NCBI RefSeq assembly: GCF_036971445.1
Contig: NC_091482.1
Span: 60,884,001 to 60,948,000 of the forward strand
From: Narcine bancroftii
Taxonomy: Eukaryota
Reading direction: 5' to 3'
DNA: 64,000 nucleotides
This document shows positions 1 to 14,100 of the stretch, piece by piece. The notes beneath the pieces are model-generated. The model had not been told where the DNA came from, did not search any database, and was given only the letters and a program-made list of their open reading frames with translations. How positions within the stretch are numbered: position 1 is the stretch's first letter; every line of letters begins with the position of its first letter. Both the position numbers and the translations under genes were made by a program.

Positions 1-192
1 TTGTTTAAGGGTTTTATTGTATATGTTGAATATTTATTAGTTTTGGAGGGAGGTGGGAAGGGGGGAGGAAAGGTAGGGGGGAAACAAAGGGAGAAAATGC
101 CACTGTGAATATTTAATGAGAAACATTTGTATATATTTTGGTTGATAGCGTTCACAGTGTGAAAAATAAAAAATTATAATAATTAAAAAAAG
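1..192 (+). mobile_element. L1-like LINE 3'UTR and poly(A) end
   Basis: G-rich tract, AATAAA and A-rich tail; second copy reversed at about 16343-16452. Confidence 0.6.
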
Positions 193-2033
193 GTACCCAG
201 TCATTGATAACTATAATTTTCCTTCCTACTTTCATTCTGATGTCTTCTTTTGAATTCCATGCAACTTCAAGAAACACCAGATCATCTGGGCATATTAGAG
301 TCTTCCAGATTCAAAATTGTGCCCGACAATTTTAGCTACTAATTCTCCTGTTGCCATTGCTAAATTCTCTCCAAGCATCTGTCTAACCCTGTATAACCAT
401 CTCTGTAATCGATTCTCTCCTGCCCAACACCCCATCACATATCTTTCTTTTTGTTTTCTCTTCCCCTTTGCTTTTTCAACTTGGTTTATCTGCAACTTTA
501 CCCAGTGCTGATAAAAGCTGAATGGTTTCTGCCTGAGCTGTTGAATCTTTCCAGAAATTTGTTTTTCCAAAATGTAGATACTTGTCAGAGAGCTGGTGGT
601 CTTGTTCTGCCTTGCTCAGCTAACCATATCATCTGGATCACTGAGGAATGTTCAAATAGAAGAATATCAAGTTTAACACAATATCAGATTGGATTTAGAG
701 CAAATTTTTATTCCAAGTCTCAATTCACTGTGTCATTATTGATCAATGATTACTTGTAAAGGAAGTGAGTTGCTGAATTTGGGGAGTGCTCCACAATCTC
801 AAGTGATGGAATCAAAGGTTTGAATGTTGGGGATTGTGTTGGGGATTGCACTAAGGCAACAAGAAGCCATGTTATTCACAAGTGGGTCCACAATGAAGAT
901 GGATGTCAACATGGCATTTTTCTCAACCTTTGTTTCTTGAAATATTAAATCTCACCCTCAGAATTCATTTTGGAATTCTAACCCCTGCAAGATGGGCACC
1001 CTAATGCTGGATCTGCATCTTTAACTGTACCCACAACCCTCTATCCAATTTTCAGTTTCATGCCTTTTTAAAAAAAAATTAAAATTCTTCCTACAATCTA
1101 AATAACCTCACATTTACCCCACAAAATAATTAGTTCTCATTATTTTTGTTTTTAGTTCAGTCAAGTGTTTTTTCAGTGTTCAGTGAAATTGGTGAATTTT
1201 GGTTATTTAAAAACTTCAGTCAGGAGGTAAATCATCCTTCCACCTCTACCAATGCAATGCATTGAAAACGTAAAGAACTGTTGAAATGTTGTCTACCATA
1301 GCAAATTCGACCAACACTGCCTTCTGCAACATTGTGGTACCCTCAGTGACCCAAATACTTAAAAACATCGACTCAGAGCCCATTCAAAATGCATTTAATA
1401 CAATTCTGCAGATACACTGCCTTATTCAAATTGAAACAGGATTTTGATTACAAACTTTAGCACATCCTGTTCTACAGAATGCATTTCAAAAACCAAATCA
1501 CCACACAGCAGTGCAGGTTAAACTTCACCTTCACACGCAAAAGATCCAAACGTGGTCATACCTGACTGGTTGTTAGGTTGGGACAGCGTAGAACCCTATT
1601 TTGCACTAGAAATTGGAGGATGAATGGAAACCATCAATAAATGACTGAAAAAAATTGAATGGAGTTCAAAGAACATTTAGCTTTCTTCAGACATTTCTGT
1701 CTCAGTTATCACTCCAAAGTCAAAAGACATACCAACACATTCAAGCCAAGCATACCAACCAGAAAAGTTAGACCCGACTAACCAACATTTGGAAGTAATA
1801 AAAAGTTTATCAATTATATTTATATCTATGTTTCTAAAACAGGAAAAGTGCATAATAACTTCAGGAAAATCATTCATCATTATAAAAATATTTAAATGTG
1901 AAAACTGCTTAGAGTCAGGAGATATTAGTAGTTTGTCAGGCAACCACAAATTTTAGATTACCCTAAAATTTTCTAATTATTTATAACAAAATATATAGAA
2001 AATTAATATCACGAAGGCAGCAAATGACATCTG

Positions 2034-2108
2034 TCAGGGGTTTTCAGGCACTGGTTCAATGAGAGCAGCAATGGTCTCTTCGCTCGCTGTACCAACTGGG
2101 GTCATCAT
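2034..2108 (-). CDS. SPPL2A: SPPL2A exon 15 (terminal coding exon)
   Basis: ttctcccctcag|MMTPVGTASEETIAALIEPVPENP-TGA; completes YEMM across the junction. Confidence 0.8.
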   Translation of the reverse strand: MMTPVGTASEETIAALIEPVPENP

Positions 2109-5100
2109 CTGAGGGGAGAAACAACAGTGACATTGAGATCATCCTTCAGAAAGGAAAAATGTGCAAATATACGCGATAAAAACATTTCAATGGTCGACAG
2201 ACACTGAATGAGCCATTTGGAAGTCAGGATTGGAAAATGGTTAGTAGTTTCCGATCTGGAAATGTTTTGTTCTCATGAAGACTACTACGTCTGCACATTG
2301 TAGATCAAATAGCAAGAATAGCCCCATAGAGGTAAAAGGCAAGGACATCTGGATGTCAGGAGGTATCACGTTGGATAAAGATTTGAAAAAGGATGCAGGA
2401 TGGCAGAACTGAAAACAGAGTGTGCAGTTTACTAAGATGTATTTGGAGAAATCAGATGGGGCACAAAAGATCACAGGGAGACAAGATAAGGAAAATACCA
2501 AAACATGAAAGGCAACAGAATACCCAGGGAAAGAGTGGGGCCCAAGCGGCAATGTGAGCTTGAAGGAAGAGGACATGGATGAGGTCTGTACTTCTCATCT
2601 GCATTTGCCATGGATATCGTAATTGGAGAATTCTGAGAGGGAGTGAAGGTAAAACAATGAAACTGTCTTCATTAAAATGGAGGATGTATTTGAAATCTTA
2701 GCAAGCTTAAGAGTAGATAAATCCCTCTGCCTGATGAGATGTATCCCAGTACTGATTACACACTTTGCACTGAACACTTGTGCAAAGCAAATAGTTTAGC
2801 CCCAACACCCACCAAGAACATCCCCCCCTTTCAAAAATAGCCATCTCTGTAAATGACACAAGAAGCAAACGAACCACATTCTCACTGCTCCCTCAACCCA
2901 ATCAACTGCACTTCCAATCCCACAGCACAGGCGAACATGCACAAGTGCAGAGCTCCATCGGCAAAAATATCATGAATAAAAGTTTTTTTAAAAATAACTG
3001 CCATGACTGATGCAGTATTTTTTAATTCCAGACTTCTTGACTGGATTACATGGCCATATGCCATGCTGCGATCAAATCCATCTAGGCCTCAGATTATCTG
3101 CCCAATAATATAGTCACCAAGCCACATAACATTAAAATGAAATGAAAATAAAATCCAGCCAACTTTGAACCTATCTGATGGATCAAGATTCAAAGCTGAG
3201 TCTATGTAAGAATCTTGGTGAACAAGATGCCTGCAGTTGCTGGGTTCCAGGGCACACCACAAAAGTGATGGAGAAACTCACCATCCATGGCAAGTAGTAG
3301 GCAGTTTATGTTTTGGAACCGAGGCCTTCTTCAGGTACCTTCTAACCATTACTTTCCATGGACGCTGCGCGACCTGCTGAATTTCTCCAGCACTTTTGTG
3401 TACTCCGCACGTGAACCAACTTTCCTTCCACCATCCTTAAAACACAAAGTATCAGCCACTTTCTCCCTCCATAATGGGGCTGGAGATCTGAAGGATAAAT
3501 TTGTTCCAAGCCTGGGGTTATCATCTAGCCCAACAGAGGCAAAAATGGGTCTCAAAGCACAACATAGCCTAATGACATGGCCTTTAGCAAAATGGGGAAA
3601 GCCAACACACATACAAGCCTCCAATTGGAGGTACTGCAATCAAAACCCTATGTTTGCTATGCATCTGGCCAATCACTAATTAATGCATCTGATCTCTCAA
3701 GAGCTGCCCAAGTGGTTGACATGCTTATTGTTACACAATATTTGAAGACAGAGTTCAATGATAAAGTATTCAAAAAACAAAAGAGCTAAATGAATTATTC
3801 TAACCTCATAATCACATCCAGTCCAAAACATTCTCATTTCCTTTCGTGTCCAGGCTGTGACAGCACAGGTGATGAGGGTACAGGGTACAAGGTAGAGCAG
3901 GGCAGGCTGTGCCATCTTCATCGCAATCAGGACCACAAACGTCAAAACCATGCCAACTGCGTATGCTGAAAAACAAAGCAACAATTAAAGTTACCTTCAT
4001 GAAGGGATCAAGCCCGAAACTTTGCTTTCCATCTCAGATTTCCATCCAAACAGGGGACCAGTTTTTCTTCCTCTGAGCTTTCCTGCTTTTGACACACCTC
4101 TTCTTCAAAAGGTTAACAGGTTGTAATTGGGACATATTCAATTTTGAGCAAAGCATCCAGAAGCAAGGGCTGTGCTTCCTGTAGTAGGGAATGCGAACTG
4201 AAGGATACTTTCATCAGTCTGAGAATGCAATGGGAGTCAACTGATGGCTGATACTGAAGGTTACATGAGGTACCCAGCCCCAGCATATTCAGTGTTGGTT
4301 AGGAACCAATGGCTAGCACAGGTTTTGAAGTTCCACATGCAGTTACTTTTCTAGTAACCCACAAACCTGCAATCTCCACCAAGGTCCAGAGCAGAATCAT
4401 CACGTCCAGGTTCTCCCCCGCCCCCCCACGCACACCATCCCAACTTGGAAATAGAGGCCCATTCCATCAAAATTCAGTCCAAATGCTGAAACTTCTGCTC
4501 CAACAAAACGGCAGAACATTCTGGAGCACACATTCACAGCTTGTTACCCACATTATTACCCAATTCATAGTGCAGATGTTGTACCTCAAATGCATTAACT
4601 CAATCCTTTGCATTAAATTCCAGCAGAACTGGTCAAGAAATTAGTCAAAGGGGCATGAAGGAACATGAAGCTGTGAGGAATAGGTCTGTGTTCTTTGAAA
4701 AAGAATGGATGAGGGGAGACTTGACGGAGGAGCACTACAAGGAGGCCAGCCAGTACAGAGGAAGGACGCACTTCCCTTTTCAGAGAGGATGCAAGATAGC
4801 ACGAATAGGCTTAATTGTCAAGAACATAATTGGTAGGGGACAGTAATGGTTAGCGTAGCTGTAAGTGCGATGCTGTTACAGGGCCAGGGACCAGGGTTCA
4901 AATCCCACACTGAGTTTCCTCCAGGTGCTCCAGTTTCATCGCACTGTTCAAAACATAAAAGAGCTGTAGGTCCATTGGGTGTAATTGGGCAGCAAGGGCT
5001 TGTGGGCCAAAAGGGCTTGCTGCTGTGCTGTATGTATGTATGTCTAAATTTAAATGTCAAAAGGCATCAAAACGAAGCAAAGGTCTCAGATCAGGCACAT

Positions 5101-8100
5101 TTCTCTTTCTAGCAAATGCGTGTGCTTCCAGCGCTGTTTTATTTCAGATTTACAGAACCTGCAATTGCTGGTTTTCACCCAACAGAAGGATCAGCTTGTG
5201 AACAATACAATAGCCATAGAAAGAATTGTTTTTACCCAGTGTAGGGTAGGGGTTTGGAATTGATGGCCTGAAAGGGTGTAGGCAGAAGCATTTAAACCAG
5301 AGGTGGACAGGTTATATGAAGAGCCAAGATGTGTTGGTTGAAGGCTGATGGAAGCAGGAGGTCCAAATGACCTCCCTCTCCCTGCCATAACTTTGCAACG
5401 AACCTGCAAAGTGTTTAGCCCGAGTTGGTTCAGCAGATAAAGATACCTTCCCATTTCTTTCTCATCTATTACACTGGACAACAATTTTTTTCAGAAGGGT
5501 TGCTTCCTAAGCAAAAAACATTGGGGATTATGATAGACAACTTCAAGAATATAAAGGGGATTTCAGATTTAACATGTTTAATCACATCATGATGCTGAGA
5601 CAGGCTCTCAAGTTGACTGCACATGTTGCACAAATGTAAGGAGCCCAGGGTTCGTCTTGGTCACCAATTTTAAACTGATGTGGAGTTCAAAGGCTTTTTT
5701 AATAAGTAAAGTCATGATGCATCTTTGAGCTTTCAGCGTATACTCGCCACAAACGTAACAGAATGCATTGCAACTGTTGATACATTGACGAGACAGTTCT
5801 GCTGTATTGAATCTTCCTGAAGACAATAAATGCTATTGGTAAGTACACTCACTATGGTGTTGCCTGAAGAATATGTTCAATCTATATCAATATAATGCAC
5901 AGCATCTGTATAGGTGAGCTGCTTTTATAGCCAGTCTGCATCTATCCTGACTAAGCATGCTCAGGCCTAAAACAACATTTGCACAGTACCTGGACTGAGT
6001 GCATGCCCAGGCATGCTTGGACTGATCAAAACAGCTTGCTTTCTGGACAATGTACAAGTAGACAAACTATGACAGGAAATCACAAAAATAGGTTGCATCT
6101 GGAAAAAAATGGTACGTGATAGGAAATTTTATGGTGATTTTCATGATCACCAACCCAAAATACACCCAAACATGTTCAGGAAGCAAAATCTTCATTGTTT
6201 AATGACCAGCACAGCCGCCAGTTTATAGTCAAAGTCCTGCAGTTTGGATTACAGAAATGAAAGGCTCCTTTGTTTCACACGATTACATCAGATCCAGATT
6301 GATGCAGCAGTATGCAATTCTGGCAATATCCTCGTTAATTGCCTCTGCAGCTTCTTCAGTTTATTGACACAAGACTGGAATGTCATAATTTACACACTTG
6401 TTCTTGAGCTACAGTTTATTTATCTGATGATTATTGGTGATAAAAATATTTTCTTATTTACTAATTTGTATTAAAATTACTTTACCGAGAGTGCACAGAA
6501 TGAAGTAGACACTGGAGTGGTTTGTCTGCACATCAAATCTTCGACAGTAAGCAACCAACAATCCTGCAAGATACCACATTATGGCAGTAAAGTTCACCGT
6601 CTTGTACAATAAATACCAATTCAAAACTCAGGGAAATGTACATTTGTAGCCACAATCCTCCCTTTTATGTTCAGTCTCATCGAATTGAGATATTGCAAGC
6701 TGGAGAACTGTAGCTCAAACTGCACTGATAAAACATTTCAATACAAAACACATCTCATTTGATTTGTGAAATAGGGCCTGCTCCTGATGACCAACATCTT
6801 TGCTGCACTCTGAACTGCCATACTGTTCAGAGTTTCCTGCAGGATCTCCTGTATTAATTACATCAAGTGCTGGCTAGTTACCTTGGTTCAAATACTGGTT
6901 CACAAAATTTAACCCATAAGGTAGCCTACGGTGTTTCAACTTTCTAAGATGAGAGAGGCAATCAGTGGTCATACCAAAGATGCCTTGATGCAAATCTAAA
7001 GTCAAGTCAAGCAACCACCTGGAGAAATCTAAAATTACAACCAAATAAAATACTTCTTTTGCAATGATAGCAAAGTTTTAGGGAAAAATCTTGCAGATTA
7101 GAAGCTTGTAATGGAATCCATTCAATTTCCCCCACATAATTGACCTTCAAAATAGTTACTTCATTACTTGGAAAATTAAAACATCCAGCAGTCATTTGTA
7201 ATTGAGAGTATATATAAATTCCATAGCAGTCGATAGTTTGCAAATGCTTCATCCTCAACTTCATACAATGGTGGATTTTTTTCTACTCACCTGGTACAAT
7301 GATATCTCCAAACCCCAGCACAGAAAAAGGTATTCCACACAAGGTGGCCACAGACGGCACCAGTCTCGGTACTCTGATAATCACAGGCAACTGGAGAAAA
7401 CAGCCACAGTCAAAAATCAGACCAAATCACCCTTCCTCAGCTAATGCAACATTTATAGTGGAGAGAGTTCAGCATTTTACATTCAGATAACATGTAATCA
7501 CCAAACATCTCTGTTCAGAGCCACAAGCGCCATCAAACTCAAATCCCATTTACAATCAACGTAGGATCTGATGGGTCTGGCTGCAGGAGTAACCAGGATA
7601 GTACTGAGTTGTCACCACGTCATTTTTTGCAACTGAATATTTACCTTTTCATATTTGTAACTTCTTCTGTCTCATGGTGTATTACAGGTGTTTAATTTAT
7701 ACTATTGCACCTGGTGCATCTTCATGTACCTGATTGGCTGCAGCAACAATTTGGGCACCTCTGCACATTTGTACTTGTGTATATGACAATAAACTCTCAG
7801 ATGAAAAAGGATTGCATTGAGTAATGAGAAAGGATAAAATTACCATTACGATTTTGCAGTTGGCTGCAGCGGGCAAGACAGATTTCAGTGTCACATGCAA
7901 GAAGTGTCAAGTATTTCCCCGATATTCTCAAGTTAAGTGTTGCACATGCAAACACAATGAGCAGCACACAACTTTCCACCATTTCGCCATAAGGTGTCTT
8001 GTTGTTTATTATGTTCATTCATTCAGGATCAACACGTCGAGAAGAAGAATGATTTATAAATTATTCATTCAATGTCAGTAAAACAGACTTTCATTTATGT

Positions 8101-11100
8101 CATTTTACAAACTTTATTCAGTCTTATAGATTAGGGAGTTGGATTTGGGCATCACAATTCGTGAGAGATGTTGTAGAGCAGAGATTAATTCGAGATACAG
8201 ATTTGTCCAGCACCAGCTATATGGGGTGGAAATGTTTATTTGCACATGGTCCTGTGTAAAGTGGCCCATTTTGGTAGGATTTAGCTAATATACTAACCAG
8301 GATAACGGGAGTAGCCTTCCCACCAGACTTGAAGTTGTATCTTTTGAGGACCCTTCTGGACACAAGGTGTAAATTATCCAAATTCATTATTAGCCAAGAG
8401 AACAGGCCACTTTGTTCAAATGGTGAAAATACAACAAACCTGTGGGACTCCAAGAAGCCAAGTCACAGGCAGATACCGGAAACTCGCAGGTCAGCCAGAC
8501 GCCACCTGGTTTGTCAAGTGTTCCCAGCTTTCCCCGTCCTATCCCAGAGGCCCATACCTAGCCTGCCAGTCAGCTGCTGCACAAGGGGGCTATCTGGCCC
8601 ATGCAGCACCATTTGGCAAAGGACCCACCAAGCTGCAGTCTGGACATTTGGCTTAGATCCAGCTCCAAAAGAGAAACAGTCAAACTGGCACCTTGTGTTC
8701 TCCCCAGTATGGAGGCTCAATCCACCATTTTAAAATAATTAATATTCAAGCCTCAAGAGGAGAAATGGGTTCTCTCTTTTTCACTGTGAGGCACTGCTGG
8801 AACAGAAGTTCCATTAAGTCCTTTCCAGTTATCTGGAATCAAACCTGATATTTAGTGCTCAAGGACAGCATCTTGAGTTTGTTCGTAAAGCTTCAGCTTT
8901 AACCCACAAAAAGATAGTTTCTTCTTCTTCACCTTCTCAGTACCATCTCCAGATCCTGAGGCTACCTCAACCATAACGCTCTTGTGATTCTGAAACAAAG
9001 AAAAATACGTTCATCTTTCACCAAGGTGTTCACCAACAACCAACCTCACAGTCGGCTGCACGAACTAATCTATAATTCTCCCCAAGTGGAGAAAGTAACT
9101 GATGTTAATACTGTGTTTCCTCAGTGAAGACCATTTGGCTGATGGATCTGTCCACGCTGACTTCACACTGGGCTGCATTTATAGTCACACGCGCATTGAA
9201 AAGTTAGAACTGCATCGTACATATTTAAAAATTTCCAATACTTCCTTCAACCAGGGGAGAGCCACAGTGAGGTGCTGGATGGATGGAGTGGAGGGGGGGG
9301 GAATGCAATAAATGCTGTACCTTTAAGAGCTGCAAGGACAAACCAGGTAGATGAGCCCAACATCAGTAATGGAGCCAGAATCCACCTGCATCTCATTCAC
9401 GATAGCATGGCTTTGTGTAGGAAATTGGGACTTAAATTCAACAGAGATTTTCAACAAGGTGACCAAGAGGACTGATGAGGGAAGGGTAGGAGGTGTCATC
9501 TACATGGGCTTCAGCAAGTCCTTTGTCAAGGTTGGACACAGTAGGTTGAGAAGGTTAGACAATATGGGATCCAGGATGATCCAAGTGGTTACAAAATTGG
9601 CTTGGGGAAAGGAGTCTGAGGGTGGTAGGGGAAGAGTTTTCAGAATGGACGCCTGAAACTGGTGGGGTCAGTGCTGGGTTCACTGCTTTGTGTCATCTAT
9701 ATTAATAATATGGATAAGAATGTAGTTAGCACAGTAGTTCTGCATGTGGTCTAGAATGGCTCAAAGCTCAACACTTCACAACACCAATGAGAATGGCTGT
9801 CAGCTCAGTCAAAAAGAGCCAACTACAGATGGATAGGAAAGTTAAGAAGGCCTATGGGATACTGGGCTTCATTAAGAGGGGGATTGAATTCAGGAGTACA
9901 GAGGTCATGTTGCAACTCTACAAATCTCTGGTAAGACCACATTTTGTGTTCAGTTCTGGTCACCTGATTATAGGAAGGATATGAAAGCTATGGAGAGGGT
10001 GCAGAGGAGATTTACCTGGATGTTGCCTGGATTGGGAAATGAGTCTTATGAGGCAAGGTTAGCAGAGCTGGGACTTTTCTCTACGGAGCATAGAAGATTG
10101 AGAGGACACTTAATAGAGGTCTACAAGAGTATGTGAAGCACCGACAGGGTGGACAGCCAGCACCTGTTCCTAGGGCAGGATCAGCAAACAACAGAGGACA
10201 TTTGTACAAAGTTAAGGGAGAGAAGTTTAGGGGAAACATCAAGGGTAATTTTTAAAAAAAATAAACTCAGAGAGTTGTGGATGCCTGTAATGTTTTGCCA
10301 GGGATGGTGGTGAAGGCTGAAACATTGGGGACATTTAAGAGACTCTTAGACACGAGGAGGAAAGAAAAATAGATGGTTATGGGGTAAGGAGGGTTTAGTA
10401 CTTTTTTTAAGGAAGGGATATATGGGTTGTCACAACATTGAGGGTCGAAGGGCCTGTATTGTGATGTTTGTTCCATAATCTGCCAGTTAAAAAAAAATAA
10501 GATTCCACCAATAGTGCCAGGCAGAATAAACAAACTTGTCTTTTCAAACAGTCGAACCTTTGACGGACAGATACAAGACACTAGTAACCATAAAATAGAA
10601 GAGCATTGGGTACATTCAGGTATGATCCTTGGCTTCGGGAGTGCAAAGCCTCAGTAGAAATTCAAAGCTTTCCGTCAGTACTAGCTGGGAATTCTAAGCA
10701 GGAAGCTGCAGTCAACTCACCGGAGTAAAAAGTGGAGTGATGAAAACAAAGAAGACGTCATAAATGAGGAGGAGAACCAGCAGAATGACGCAGGACTGCA
10801 AAACAAGAGAGGGAGAGGATTGGCAAATAACATGTGCTCCCATCTCCACATCATTGCAGAGCAACCACCCTCTCCAGCCCCGAGATTATTCCCACCAACG
10901 CTTCCCTCCCACCCCTCTATAGATTCTACCACTCACCTCCCTGTTACTGTAGCTAATTACCAATATGTGCCTCCTTTAGGATGTGGGAGGAAATGCTCAG
11001 TCTCATTGTACAAGCAGCACTCGAGTTCACGGCTGAACTTGCAGAGCAGAGGCTCTCTACCTGCATTGCCCACTACTCCACCTAGTGCCCAGGCATTGCC

Positions 11101-14100
11101 CAAAAACATTTGTCTGCAGAAAAACTTTTTGTCCTTTGCTCAGGGAGGTAAAGCAACTGCGAGAGAACATGTTCCCAGGAATTAAGTCAGAGTCCTTCAG
11201 CACCGAACAGGCCCCTTAACCTAACGACTCCACATTGGTCGTGATACTCTGGGCCAGTCCCATTTGCCTGCAATTGGTCCGTACCCCTCCAAATCTCTCC
11301 AGTCCACAAATCTGTTCAAATGGCTTTTGAATGATGGTTTCATGCCCAAAAGAAGAAACAGCAGCTCTGTCGCTGGTGCGCACCCAGGAGAGCGGAGACT
11401 AAGGATTATACCGAAGGGTTCAACCGGCCAGTCCTAATGCCAGTGGCTCCATACAGGCATTAAACGGCTTATTCGAGGAGTTGACGGTGTTTTTAAACAA
11501 ATCCTCCAACCAAGATGGCAGCGCCTGTGCTCAGTAGCAGCCACAAGGGGATGTAGGATCCAGGCACCAGCAGACTGGCACTGGCACCAGAAACGGGGAG
11601 AACACCCACATTAAGAAGAAACAGGACTGTGACACGGTAGCGGTGAAAAGCTCAGAGGCGGAGGGACCAACTGAGGCTGCAGGCAATTTACCGTAGGGGA
11701 AGCCACACAGGCTGCGGGCTCCTAGAGACTGGCTCATGGAACCAGATTCAAAAGGACGCTGAGAGCAAGGAGGACTCCTGAAGGCCCTCCAGGCGCTGAA
11801 GGTTTCCTGATCATATCAGGGGTTTGGATCAGGAGCCTGGGATGCCAATGAATCGAACAGGACTGTTGGAGGCATATCCACAGACACTAACTCTAAAAGG
11901 ACTCTTTTGCTTTCTTTCTTTCTTACTGCAAAGGGAGCTGGGCAATACTAATGGTCTCTTTGCCTTATGGCAGGCAGAAGGCTATTCATGTTCTGTACAT
12001 GACAATAAATAAATCTTGAATCTATATCTTCCACTGGCATTTTGTTCCAGATACAAACCTCCTTCAGTGAAAAAGTTGCTCGTCAGGTCCCTCTTAAACA
12101 TCTCACCTTAAATCTATGTCCTCTTATTCTACAATAATTACCCTGGGAAAAGGACTGATCATGCACTTTAAACATCCCCCCCCCATGATTTTATAAACCT
12201 CTGCAAGATCAACTTCTGCCTCCTTCTGACTATGGAACAAAGACCCACTCTGTCCAACTTATCCCAATATCTCAATCCCTCCAGTCCAGCAACAACCTGA
12301 TGATGATTCCTTTCCTGTCTAGTGAACATTTCCTCTCAATCTACAGCCCTTCACCTCACTCAGTAACTACTGGGAAGTACCTTCCTCATGGGCTGTGTCA
12401 ATGTCTATGAGCCCTGGAGACAACACAATACTCATCTCCAATGCTTGAGGCAAGCTGAGAAAGTGTGGACTCCCATCAACTTCAGCATCAGTCAAGGCAG
12501 ACGTTTCTCATAACCCATTTTGGTTTTCAGAATCTCACCGTCACACCACATGGAGCAATGCTGCAGCAGTTCTACAGCAGAAAAATGTTGACTCTTTCAA
12601 CATATGAGTTTTCCTGACAACACACAATACCTTAAAGTGAGGCATCTTCAAGGTCTTCATGAAGTTTAGGCAGAAGGCAACTCCAAGACAGTCGTGCAGC
12701 GCCCAGACCCATCTAAAATGCAATCAGGGAACTTAGAGCCAGTTCCACATTTAACAGAGAAACCGTGCTCTTGGAGCCATTTCCCAATAAGCACCAAGAA
12801 GAACATTCTCACACACCACACCAGTAGTTACAATTAAATCAAACAGATTTTGAGAACATGTCTTTTTTTGGGAGTGCTTGTGTATGAATCACAAAAGGTT
12901 GGTTTGCAGGTGCAGCAGGCTATCAAGAAGGCAAACGAAATGAATTTAGAAGTAGGGAAGTTATGCCACACTGTACAAGGCACTGTTGAGGCTACATCTG
13001 GAGAACTGTGTGCAGTTCTGGTCTCCTTACTTGAGGAATGATATACTGGCTTTGGAGGCGGTGCAGAGGAGGTTCACCAGGTTGATTCCAGAGATGAAGG
13101 GGCTAGCTTATGAGGAGAGATTGGGTTGTCTGGGACTGTACTTGTTGGAATTTAGAAGAATGAGAAGAAACATATAAAATTATGAAAATTATTGATAAGA
13201 GATAGATAAGTTGTTTCCATTAGTGAGGGAGACCAAAACCAGTGGACATAGCCTCATGGTAAATTTAGGACAGAGATTGAGGAGGAACTGCTTTTCCCAG
13301 AGGGTGGTGAATCTATGAAATTAGCTGCCCAATGAAGCAGTGGAGGTGACCTCATTAAATATATTTAATATTATAAGTCAAGGTTGGATAGATTTTTTTT
13401 TTTTTTACAAAGAGGGGAATTAAGGGATCTTATTGAATGACAGAGGAGGCTTGATGGGCCAGACAGCCTACTCCTGCTCTTATTTCTTGTGTTCTTTCAT
13501 GCAGACAGAAAGAGATAGCAAGAGTCAGGTCCTGAGTGTGACTAGAACCTGTAAATGGACAAGAACCTCAGGGATGTTGACCCCTGGATTAGCAGTGCAA
13601 GAGGGGATAATTGCAACATTGACATCTTGAACTATTGACTCTTAGCTAGAACCAGGGGATGCAGTTTAACAAGGGGTCATTGCTTGAGACACTAGAGGCA
13701 ATACCTTTTGCCAGAGGGCTATGAACTTTTGGAACCCTGAAGAGGGTGGTGGGGGGGGGTTGAAATATTTATGGCAGACGTGATTAAATTAATTCTGAAG
13801 AAGGGTATGAAAGGAATGTAATTGCAATCAGATCAACTCGGACTTTACTGAATGGTGATACAGGTCTGAGTACACCCCCATCTGCCAATTCAGATGATTG
13901 TGTGCAAGTGCAGGATCCAAAATATGCTGGTCTATACGATAAGAACACCACGGCAGGTTTACATCACTGCTACTCCAACTATTTGGGAATTAATGTTTAA
14001 ATTCTACCATTGCTTTTAGCTTTTCTCAACTCAAGCAAACACTCCACACCCTGCACAATATTCAGCGTTCAGCACAAGCTCACACCAGTTCATGTCAGCT

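Noticed and set aside
295-759. Short ORFs that could belong to a neighbouring gene such as TRPM7
   Set aside because: No recognisable homology; probably SPPL2A 3'UTR or intergenic sequence
4836-4910. tRNA-like A and B boxes here and at other SINE heads
   Set aside because: They continue into SINE body and tail and do not form a full cloverleaf, so they are not tRNA genes
7824-8081. Cys-rich ORF (CKKC...CCTC) resembling a zinc ribbon
   Set aside because: Short, with no splice context or flanking transposase evidence; cannot be supported
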